This document shows positions 22,501 through 32,700 of a stretch of DNA of 34,471 bases, piece by piece. The stretch comes from Rhizaria sp. SCN 62-66. Its lineage: Eukaryota. Under the pieces are notes generated by a model that saw only the letters and a list, made by a program, of their open reading frames with translations, had not been told where the DNA came from and made no database searches. A program made the translations under genes and the position numbers. Position 1 is the first letter of the stretch; every line of letters starts with the position of its first letter. The stretch is taken from assembly GCA_001724265.1 (NCBI GenBank), contig MEDY01000321.1, forward strand, positions 1 to 34,471. The letters run 5' to 3'.

Positions 22501-24351
22501 TTGGTGGCTGCGGAAGCAGAGCGCTGCTTCGCGCCGGCGCCGCGCTTTGAGGCTGCGGCGGCAGCGATTGATGCTGCCGTTGCGGCTGCGGTCGCCGACG
22601 CCAGCGGCAGCAGCGTTTGCGCAGTGGCGGCGAGCTGCGCGAAGTCGAAGTCGGCGCTCATGCTGTTCACAGTCGCGAGAAGTGAGTTTGTGTGACTGTG
22701 ACTTCGAGCAGTGCTGCTGCTGTTCTTGTCATTGTGAAAAGCAGTGTCAGTGCGACGGTGAGATGGATCCTTGGCGACATCCCAAGAGTTGGCACTCCTG
22801 CTCTCAGTGATGTTACCGTCGTTTGAAGCTGTTCCGTCCTGCTCCGGAGTGTTATCGTCGTCAGGATGCGGCCACTCCTCGAGTGAGTCGTAGAACAAAG
22901 CGACTGTGAGAGCGCCCACGCTGCCGACCCACGGGCCTAACGCGCGCCCACAGTCACTCTCGTGCCCACTCAGCCGACTGGGATCAGGACTGTGGCCATG
23001 ACCGAGACTGGGAGTGTATGCGAGATGTGGGGCATGCGCCTGCAGCCATACGTGGCGGCGGCGCCACTCGAGCAGCGCCAGCACGGCCGTGCGCGTCTGC
23101 ACCATCAGACCGCTGCCGCCGGCCCGGTCAGCACTGCGCTGGGATGAGCTGCTCACATCGGAGTGACTGTGCGCGGCGGTGAGGCTGATGCCGGTGAGCG
23201 ACAGTGGCAGTGCGCAGTCGCTGCCGAGACCAAGTCCAGCGGCAACGTTAGACAGGAGCAACTGTGGCGACTGACGTTGCTGACGCTGAAGAATGCTATC
23301 GTCGTTATCGGCGTTATCACCGTTATCAGTCATCAACACAACTGCGTTGTGGTCACTGTCGTTGTCCGCGGCAGTGACAGCTGTGGAGGCAGGCGTGGAT
23401 GCGACAGCGAGCCTGATCGCAAGCGCAGACGCTTCCTTCGTAAGCCTGGGGAAGCCGTGGCCAGTGATGCCCGCCAGGACCCTTAGATCCGCAAGCACCC
23501 CCTTGGACACGTCGACCCACTCGCCCCAGCCGTCGCCGCTCACGCCCGCGGCGAACCCGGCGTTGCCGGCGCCGATGCCGCTGCTGCTGTTGCTGCTGTT
23601 GTTGAGCTTCAGCAGTAACCGCGCGCAGCCGAACGCGAGCAGGTCCGAATCCTCCGTGACGGCTGCGGCGACGAGCCCGCGGTGGTAGAGGGCCGCGATC
23701 TGCGCGTCCGCCTCGTAGGGCGCGACGAGCCACGGCACGCCCGCGCGCGACAGCAGGCGCTGGAACGCGCGAGAGAGCAGCCGCGTCGGGCGCAACGACC
23801 GCGCCAGCGCCGTTTCCGCCTCCGCGGCCGCCGCGGCAGCGCTCGCGGCCGAGGCCTGCCCAGTGCCGGCAGCGCCAGTAGCGGAGGCGGAAGACGCGAG
23901 CGCGAGGCCGTGCGCGATAAGCGTGCGGCGGCGGTCCGCGCGCGTGGCGGCAACGGCGTCCTTAAGCGGGGGCGACGCGCCGTCGAAAACGAGCACGGGC
24001 AGCACGCCGTTGTGGAGCAGAGTGTCGAGCAGCGACTGCAAGAAGCGCAGCGGGGCCAGCGTGGGGAAATCGAACGCCAGCTCCAGCGAGGCCGTATACA
24101 GCGAGCGGTACAGCCAGGCAGAGGCGTCCACAGCCACACGCTTGCCACGCAGCTCGCGCACGTGCATGCTGAGTTGAATAAGGAGCCGTTACGAGAAAGA
24201 ACATGAAATAAGAGTGTGTGAGTGAAGAATGGGGCAAGAGTTGTTGCTGAGACAGTGAAGTCCGGGAGGGCGACGTGAGATAGAGAATCAAAATGTGAAC
24301 GTACGGGCGCGTCGCGGGGCGCAAAACAGAGAGTAAACCTTTAACACCCAT
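13536..24351 (-). CDS. EXO1: exonuclease 1-like XPG/Rad2-family 5' nuclease, greatly expanded by low-complexity insertions; exons 24351-24305 and 24168-13536; 3559 aa if the in-frame TAG at 21392-21390 is read as sense
   Basis: Spliced N-terminus MGVKGLLSVLRPATRPMHVRELRGKRVAVDASAWLYR. Motifs VFDG, APYEADAQIAAL and TEDSDLLAFG lie before the TAG. The H3TH motif FIDVCLLSGCDYLPSLPRMGVKTA, then FARARLGFRHSMV and DLCFLGPPLP, lie after it. ORFs 21390-24167 and 13536-21344 share one frame and are separated only by that TAG. Stop is TAA. Confidence 0.85.
24169..24304 (-). other. spliceosomal intron (136 nt, phase 2)
   Basis: CC|GTACGT ... CTCAG|C. Joins MGVKGLL to the rest of the XPG-N domain. Confidence 0.9.
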
Positions 24352-24878
24352 GGTGGTGCGAAGCGGAGAGCAGACGGTGCTGCTGTGTTCAGACGCGGAT
24401 CAGTGGCGAGGTGAGGTTGCGAGAACAGTGGTTGTCGACCTCAGTTTGTGTTATAGAGCTACGCGTGCAAGGATCCAAGATGCGAGATTTATAGAAATAT
24501 TACATAAGTACGCAATTCAAATCGTAGCAAACAATTATAACGAGTAAACAGTCAGTGGATATGTCGGGATACTAGTTGTGAATGAGGCGCCAAAGCACAG
24601 CGCGAGGCAAGGGTCGCGATGGAGTTCGGCAAGATACGCGTTTCGAGGAGAGTGATCTCCAGGTCAACATCCGTCAAACATCCTGGCGTCCCGCTATGGT
24701 ATTACCGCACATGTTTTGTATATTCTCTTAAAATTAAATCTTGATCTCTGCTCACCTTCCTAGTGAAATCGCCTCGTATCCAAACTTTCGCCCGACCTTC
24801 AAACGATAACTTCGCTTTACCTTCTCCCACACCCCTGCAGCTCGCCACCCCACTTGTCCTTCCGCCCGGCACCCCGTC
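24352..24878. promoter_or_regulatory. probable bidirectional promoter region between head-to-head EXO1 and APH-1
   Basis: 527-bp, more AT-rich spacer between two divergent ATGs. No specific element was identified. Confidence 0.4.
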
Positions 24879-25637
24879 ATGACTGCGTTGCTGTTTACGG
24901 GCTGCGCGCTGATTGCGTGGGCGTTCCCCGCGCTGGTGTTCCTGGCCTTCGTGGTACACCGTCCGCAGCTGCTGGTGACCTTCTTCTGTGCCGTCTTCTT
25001 CGCGCTGCTAGCCTTCCTCTTCGGCTCTTTCTTCTGGCTCTTCATCTCCCCCGCGCAGGAGTACACCGTGCTCCAGAGCCTCTTTTACGCTATTATTATT
25101 GAACTCGTCCGCTTCTGGTTCCTCTTCCTGCTCTCGCGCACGGCCAAGAACTTCGCGGCCGTGGGGACCAACTCCATCGGCCACCCCATGGTGCCCTTCT
25201 ACACCGCCATCGCCACCGGGCTCGGCTTCGGCGTCGTGCAGGCGCTCGTGCTCTACGGCGAGTTTATTATTGACGCCTACGGCCCTGCCGCCGTCTTTAA
25301 CACCAACGCCTGCTCGAACCGGACCACGTTCATCGACGCCGCCGTGATGTCCCTCTACATCGCGCTCTTCAACCTCCCCGCGACGATCGTCACGCAGGAG
25401 GCCTACGAGAACGCCGACGGGCGCGTCGCGGGCGCCGGGTACGCCGCCACGACGGTGCTGCACGGCATGGTGCTCTTTTCCCCCGCAATCTCCTACGGGA
25501 CTGACTTCTGCCTCGGCGTGTTCATTCTGCCAGCCGTGTTCATCGCGATGATCCTCGTGCCCGCCGTCTTCATCGCCACGCAGGACGAGTACGCCTCGCG
25601 CAAGCACGCCAAGCGGCCCAGGGACCTCACCGAGTGA
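24879..25637 (+). CDS. APH1: gamma-secretase subunit APH-1 homologue, intronless, 252 aa
   Basis: About seven TM segments. N-terminus MTALLFTGCALIAWAFP resembles APH-1 (FFGCxxxAFGP). ELVRF matches the QExxRF motif and TGLGFG provides the TM4 GxxxG. His in VLHG. Length is typical. Stop is TGA. Confidence 0.85.
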   Translation: MTALLFTGCALIAWAFPALVFLAFVVHRPQLLVTFFCAVFFALLAFLFGSFFWLFISPAQEYTVLQSLFYAIIIELVRFWFLFLLSRTAKNFAAVGTNSIGHPMVPFYTAIATGLGFGVVQALVLYGEFIIDAYGPAAVFNTNACSNRTTFIDAAVMSLYIALFNLPATIVTQEAYENADGRVAGAGYAATTVLHGMVLFSPAISYGTDFCLGVFILPAVFIAMILVPAVFIATQDEYASRKHAKRPRDLTE

Positions 25638-25883
25638 GCATGGAGAGTGGGGTGTATCCATGAGAAAGAAACAACGCAAAACATAGTGATACTACGATTG
25701 ATTGGTCGATCAAACCAGGCCAACAACAATTCGCAATACAGGTATCAATGCTTATCTATTCAATGCATTTATAATCGTATAACCACGAATATTACGTGCA
25801 AATTTTTGAATTAATCTCTCATGTATCGATTTTTAAAACAGACAACAAAAATATCGCGCAATTGATGAAGTTGCGTCTTTAAC

Positions 25884-27041
25884 TTAGTCCTTCTTAGCAA
25901 CAGGTGCAGCGGCCCCAGCAGCGGTCGCGGCCGCGGCAGCCTTAACGCGCTTGTCGTGGACGCTCTTGGCGATGCCGTTGTACATCCACACGTATCCTAT
26001 GGCGACCGCGCGCAGCACCGAGGCCGAAAGGACCTGGATCAACGCAGTGGCGCCGCCGTCGACCGGGGAGAAGCCGGCGGTGACGCAGCCCAGCACGTGG
26101 CCGTCGAAGCCGGTCTGGATAAAGAAGCGGTAGCGCTCGATGCCGGCGACGACGTCGCGCGCGATGTCGGCCGCGGGGAAGAGCCCGGTGCCCTCAGACA
26201 TGAGCTTGCATTCCTCGGGCTTATGGGCCATCTCGGCCGCGTACATCGGCGTGTCCACGTCGGGCGGGTTGCACACCGAAACCGCGATGCCGTGCGGACG
26301 CGCCTCCATGTGCAGCACCTCGGCGAAGCCGCGCACGGCGAACTTGGTCGGCGCGTAGGCCGAGTAACCGAAGATGCCCGCCTGGCCGGCCATGGACGAG
26401 ATGAGCACGATGCGGCCTGACTTCTGCGCCTTCATCGCCGGCAGCACGGCCTTGGTGCAGATCACCACGCCCAGGTAGTTGATGCGCACCATGCGCTCAA
26501 ACTCGCGCACTGGGATGTCGTCGATGTGGTTCGGCGTCGACACGCCCGCAGACGCGATCAGGCAGTCCACCGTGGTGTACTTGGCGGCGAACGCGGCGAC
26601 GGCGGCGTTGACCGCGGCCTCGTCGCTAACGTCCACCGAGTACGTCACAATCTCGGTCTTGGAGCCCGTCTGCGTGGCCAGCGCGGCGAGCTGCGCGCGC
26701 GCGGCGTCGAGCGTGGCCTGTGTGCGCGCCATCAGCGCGACGGCGCGCGCGTGTTTGCGTACCAGCGACTCGGCGATGCTCAGGCCGATGCCGCTGGAGC
26801 CGCCGGTAACGATGAACGTCTTGCCCGCAATCTAAGGGGGGCGCAGGGTTTAGGGAGGGAAAGCAGCGAGTGAGATATTGAATGTGACGGAGATAAGATG
26901 TAAAGCCGGAAGATAGATAGCGAAAGACAGATGTGTAAAACGAACCTTCATGTTGGGGATGCGCTCGCTAAGGAACTCGAGAGCAATGCCGAGGACGGCA
27001 ATAAAGGCGACAATGCCGCCAAGAACGTAGAGCCAGCACAT
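25884..27041 (-). CDS. KDSR: 3-ketodihydrosphingosine reductase (KDSR/FVT1/TSC10-like SDR); exons 27041-26946, 26831-25884; 347 aa
   Basis: N-terminal membrane anchor. TGGSSGIG, INYLG, LISSMAG, GYSAYAPTKFAVRG (YxxxK) and PPDVDTP motifs. C-terminal hydrophobic segment. Stop is TAA. Confidence 0.88.
26832..26945 (-). other. spliceosomal intron (114 nt, phase 0)
   Basis: AAG|GTTCGT ... CCTTAG|ATT. Contains an in-frame TAA. Confidence 0.88.
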
Positions 27042-27570
27042 TTAATCAGTAGAGAGCGCTGCGCTGCTTCTGTGTTAGCGGTACGAGGCAGAAGAGTGAG
27101 AGTGTAGCCGGAGATTAAGAAGGTGAGTCGGTGTGCTTGTTAAAGTGATTGCTAAGATAATTCAATTTAAAATAAAGATATCGATCCTATAATAAAATAC
27201 GACATGTTGCACCAGTGTCATCTTTACGAGCTATTGATGGTTTACTTTTGATATCAAAACTGGTGCAGCTTCGATGACGACCGCCTGAAAAGCTAGCGCA
27301 AAAGCTGTTTGTGGTGTGGCCATATCTAACTTGTTTTACGTCTGCTTAATGAAGTTATACGAGTGCATCTCCGCGATATGGTAAACAAAACTACCCTTTG
27401 TATCTTGAAATTGTGTTTTTATCGTCATTGTCAATCAACATAATATAGCAAAGCAAAGAAAAAAATAGCTATCCCTTCCTTCTTTCCTAGATAAACTAAA
27501 GTTAGCTCGCCGCGCGCTCAACGCGACACGACGCGCCTATTCGTGCACGTTGTGCCTCGCATCGTGGCGC

Positions 27571-28202
27571 TTAGACAACGCTGGAGAGACACTTCTTGAT
27601 CGCGGTGCGCGCGAAGGGGATGTAGGAGATGTTGTACCAGAAGCCTGCGATGAACTGCAGCAGGATCATGAGCATGATGGGGATGACCTTCTTGATGTAG
27701 ATAGCGAAGAAGATGGTGAGCGCGATGCACACCAGGTACACGATGGTAGCAACCACGCGCACGGGCTTGAACATGTTCTTGATCTGCGCCACGGGGCCCC
27801 AGAGGAAGCACGTCGAGATAAGAGCGACGATGTTGCCCAGCGTGTAGAGGATCGCGAACTTCTCGGGGCGGCGGCCGAGCTGGCCGACCGTGAGCAGCGA
27901 CAGGAACATGATCAGGTAGCCCAGCACAAAGCACGTCGCGCAGCCCATAAGGCGCGTCTTGTAGCTCAGCGTGCAGGACTTGTTGAAGTCCTCCAGGGCG
28001 GAGTCGCCGCCCGAGCTGTTGCTGTTGCTGTCGCCGCCAGTCACGTTGCTGACGCTGCCCTTGATGCTCTCGAAAAAACTGTGGGGCAAAGAAACCGCGA
28101 GGGAATTAGTATGAAATGAGCGTTACGTATCAGATAATAGTTGTGATATAATGAGAGATGCGGGAATAAGTGGACTGAAGTGGGAAACTGGACGAACCTC
28201 AT
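27571..28202 (-). CDS. SFT2: vesicle transport protein SFT2-like (Got1/Sft2 family); exons 28202-28198 (5 coding nt), 28078-27571; 170 aa
   Basis: CTLSYKTRLMG, KFAILYTLGNI, STCFLWGPVAQIKNMF, RVVATIVY and WYNISYIPFAR match SFT2D-type proteins. ATG AG|intron|T TTT gives MSFFESIK. Stop is TAA. Confidence 0.92.
28079..28197 (-). other. spliceosomal intron (119 nt, phase 2)
   Basis: ATGAG|GTTCGT ... ACTAAT ... CACAG|T. Supplies the otherwise missing ATG in the correct phase. Confidence 0.85.
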
Positions 28203-29370
28203 GAGGCTGGGTCGGGTGCGGACCGGGACGCGGAAAAGAGTGATTAGAGGAAAGAAAACAAAAGATGTAAGAACAACAAATAAAGGAAGTAGTTCAATTC
28301 AGTGTTTGAATTTTCAGAGTGTGGTCTGATTGTGACTTGACGGATGTGCGAATGCGCTTAAATGAAGTTTAGGGTCGTGGAGTCGACGTGCCCCACTGGC
28401 CCGCTGCGGTTAGACCCGACCACATATGTTATCACACGCACAAATTGACGCAGATAGTGCCCATAACTAAGTTTATTTGAGACAATAACGCGCCAGGTGA
28501 TAATTCAATGTAATTAATACACGATGAGCAAGGTTTGTTTACCTCATACAAAGTTACTATGTGCGTGCTCGTATGTTTGTGGACTACAGTTGCGATTGAA
28601 AAGCATGCATAAGAGGCTCTCTTGATGTCAGGTGACGTGTAACTGATGTAAAATCAAGCACGGCAAGTGAAATACCGCACATCAAGAGGTAATCTGCCCT
28701 CCTGTGCTCAAACACTCGTAGATGATGTTATCTTGGCACTTAAAGCTTCCTACTGCACGTCGATTGTGATCCCGACATCGCTCCTCTTAAATCTTGCCGC
28801 AGAGGAGCGCACAGAGCGACAACGCGTATTGCAGCAAAAACAGTCATACGCTGGTATCATAACACACAATGAGCATTGCTGCGGCGCTGTGGACAGAGCT
28901 AAAGACTGCGTTTCTGTCGCTCATGCGAGGAGTCGAGGCGGTTATGCAGACGGCAACTGGTCTCTTCAATGAGCATATCGAGATACACGCATATGACGCG
29001 GCAATCGGTGACTTTAGCTGTCACTGAAATATATTATAGAGAATGAGCACAATGAACTATCATCATAAAACCGTTATCCCTGTTGACGGACTCTAACGCT
29101 ATTTCTGTGTGGTTTTAGAAAAGTGTCGATCAGAAACGGTTCGCACGTCTCTATTCGTCGAACGCACAACCGCTCCCATAAGAGGGAAATACCGCCACCT
29201 ATAGAGATATTACGTCGCTCATCTTAAATTATGCCTTTTTTTCTTTTCGTCATTTGAATCACACTTACACATGCATTGTATACCAGCAACAGGAGCTCCT
29301 CGAAAGTTTCCTCCCACAGCTCTCCCTTCAAGAACACCCAACACTTCATCACCGCGCGCGCCCGCCCCGC

Positions 29371-29708
29371 ATGGCCACGCGCCCGCCCTCCGCGGGTCGC
29401 CCGCCCTCCGCGGGCCGCCCGCCGTCCGCACGCGTGTACCGGTCCGCGCGCGAGGGCCCCGACCCCGTGTCAGCGCTCAAGCGCCTCTCCCTCGACGCTC
29501 TCGCGCTCCCGCCGCCGAGCTCCATCACCGTTAACGCCAATGTCCCAGGTAGCAGCGGCAGTGGCACCGTTGGTGGCGGTGTTGTGAGTGGGCCGCCGCG
29601 CCCACCGTCTGCCTTCCTCTTGCGCCCGGCCTCCGCCTCAGTCTCAGCCTCTGCATCCTCTGCGGCGGGTGCTGGCTTTGGGGCCTCTGCCACTTGTGCT
29701 TACAATGA

Positions 29709-29778
<70 letters not shown>

Positions 29779-32700
29779 CTCGGGTCCGGTGTTGTGGGCG
29801 CTGGCGTGGGGCATAGGGCGACTGGCGCGCCCTCGGCCGCGGCCGCCGCGGCTGCGACTGCGCCCCTGCACCTCGCATTTGCCCACTACAGTGCCAGCGG
29901 CAGGGGCAGCAGCAGCAGCACCGCAGCGCTGGCCAAGGCCACCGAAGCGCTCTCGCGGCCGCAGTCGGCGCACTCTCGGCCACACTCAGCACACGCGCAG
30001 TCACAGTCACGCCCGGAGTCGCAGTCTCAACAGTCTCTGCAGCAGTTGCAGCCGCGGCGTCCCGAGTCCCCTGCCTCCGCGATGTCCGCGAGCGACCGGG
30101 CGCAGCTCGTCGACGCCGTGCTGCCGCCGCACGAGCGCGGGGACGCGGCCGCCGCGGCGCTCGTGCTCTGCGCGGCCGCGGGCGCGGCGGCGGCGGAACA
30201 GAGCGCGCGGCGCGACGGGGCGCGGCAACGGCTCAAGGCTGACATCTACGGCGATAACAACAAGAACAGCAGCAACAGCGCTGACGTGAACAACAGCAGC
30301 AACAACATCAACAGCAACAACAACAGCAACAATAGCAGCGGTGGCAGCGCCGCGGCGCCAGTTGTCAAGGCCAGGAAGACGGTCGGCTGGGCCAGCGACG
30401 CCAACATCGCCTCCACACGTGGGACCGCAGACACCGAGACTGCGGCTGCGGCGGCTGCGGCGGCTGCTGCCGCGACTCCGACTGGGCGGACGGCGGCGCG
30501 CGTGGGCGCGGCGCCGCCGGTGCAGCCCCCGTCGCTAAGAGCGCGCGCGGCGCACGCGATCATTGCCTCCGCCGCGGCCGCTCACGGTCACTTTGGGGCT
30601 GACTCAGCCCCTCACGGTCACTCGCCCCCTGCTGCCCACGGCGGCGACGGTCCTGCAAAAGCAGACGCCGCCACGCCCTCCGTGGGCGCGATGTTGCGCT
30701 CTGCGCCGGGCGGCGCGGCGCCCGGCGGCGGGTTCATGAGCGTGCTCAACGGCGCCGACGGCAGAGGCGGCAACTGGTCCAGGGCCGCGGTGGTTGCCGA
30801 TGCCGCCGTCAGAGCGCAGTCGCCGCTGCGCTCGCAGTCACCGTTGGGCACGCAGTCGCCGCACTCGCCGCGGGAGGCGCAGTCGCCGCTGCGGCCGCCG
30901 CCGCTGATGTTGCATTCGACCGCGCTCACGCAGTCGCAGGTGCACTCGCAATCACTCTTGCAAACCACCGGTATTGAGGCTAACGGCTCAGCCACGATGC
31001 CGAGGGCGGTGTCGCCGCGCCAGCTGACCGTGGCCGCTCTGTACACGCAGTACCCCTTTGTGGCGCCGCCGGTGACGGAGAGCAGCACGCGCCCGCTGCC
31101 GCCGCCGCCGCTGGGGTTTGGCGCGCGCCCCGTCAGCGCCACGGCCACCAGCGCCAAGAACACCGACGCTGCAGTTGACATGTTTAGCGATATCAGCGAC
31201 ATCATCGCGCTGCACAACAGAAAGATCAAGGCGGACGAGGCGGCTGCGAACAACGGCAACGGCAACGGCAACGGCGACCAGGATGGTGATGTCAGCGACG
31301 GTGAGCGCAAGAATGCCCGCGCGCGCAGCCCCCCGATGTCGCCGATGTCGCGCGAGCTGGCCGGCGCGATGAAGCGCGAGGCGGAGTTCCTGCAAACGGC
31401 GGCTGTGCTGACCAACAACGAGCTCGGTCCCCACAGTAGAAGCAGCAAAACGAACCACAGCATCATCCACGGCGATATCTGGGCAACTAGCGGCCCTGCT
31501 GCGAACGCGCCCAGCGACAACAACGACGGCGACCGCGACCGTGCTGACAGCGGGGCTGTCGATGCTGTGAGCACTCCGACGAGCGCGCAGAAGCAGCAGC
31601 AGCAGCAGGACAAGATGCGCAAGGGCAAGTTTTGGGCGAGTCCGCGGGCGCTGGTGTCGGCGCTAGCTACTGGTGCCGATGACGGTAACGAGGGCGATAA
31701 CGCGAAGAGCCACATCAATGCAGACGTCAGTGATGAGAATGATGCTGAAAACAAGGCCAACTCTGTCGACATTGACAACAACAGTACTGTCAAGCCTGGA
31801 GATGCCAGTAATGACAAAGACACTGCGAACGCGTCCTCTGCAGCTGATGACGCGAATGCGAAGCAGCAGCAACAGGGGCTGTGGCGTGTGCGCCCCGCCT
31901 CCGCGCGCCCTCTTTCCTCTGCAGTCCCAGTCAGCGCTCGATCTGGTGCTATTGGGAACACTGCTGGCGCTGCGACAACGCCGCGTCCAGCCTCGGCAAT
32001 CACCGCGACGCGCGCTCCTCATTCCGCAGCAAACAGCGAGCACAACCAGCACGGACAGCAGCAGCAGAGGCGGGTGAGGCGCGACGGCTCCACGTCGCTC
32101 AACACCGCGCTGGCGGCATCGCTGCTGCCGGTGCCGGCCCTGCCGCTCGACGTCAACGCACTGCTGCTCTCAAGCTCGAACTCGCACTCATTGTCGCAGT
32201 CGCGGAAGCAACAGCAGCAGCTGCTGCTCCAACAAGCAACACAAGGGAAGAAGCAGCTCAGTCAAAGGCCTGTATCTGCCTTTGCTCGCCTCAACTCCAT
32301 CCCAGGCACTCGCGGGGACGGCGTCAATGCGAGCGCAGCTGCCGCAGTGCACGCCACTGCGACCTCGGCTGCGCAGGCACTATCGGCGCCGCTGTCAACC
32401 GCGCTGGCGCGCGTGCTGCGCCTCTCCGCGCCCGCCGCGCCGCGCCTGCAGGCCCTCCTGCTCTCCGGCTCCTCGCAGTCGCAACTGACGCAGGCGCGCG
32501 AGCTGATTCCCGCCGGCCACAGTCACTCCGCCGCGGCGGCTGCAAGCGACTGCGAATGGGACCCCGACCTGGCGGCGGGCGCGCCCGTGCGGTTGTGCCT
32601 CTGCACGTGCCCGAACCACCCCGCGCTGTCGCGCCTGCCGCCGCCGCCCGCGGCCGACCTGCGCGCCGCCGGCCAGGCCGTCGTCGCCGGGCTGCTGTTG

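Noticed and set aside
21364-22695. 443-aa plus-strand ORF antisense to EXO1, and the many other short antisense ORFs across the window
   Set aside because: Expected by-product of strong GC codon bias. Each overlaps a gene with recognisable motifs on the other strand or frame.
21390-23556. A large intron removing the EXO1 TAG using GTTCGC at 23556 or 22398 as donor
   Set aside because: Both donors are phase 2 and would not restore the frame at the TAG-ending acceptor. The interval is GC-rich and open in frame, unlike the ten real introns. Not fully excluded without cDNA.
28667-28972. 101-aa intergenic ORF, and similar ORFs at 2182-2764, 5788-6075 and 12950-13267
   Set aside because: AT-richer sequence lacking the codon bias of real exons, with no motifs and often non-ATG starts.
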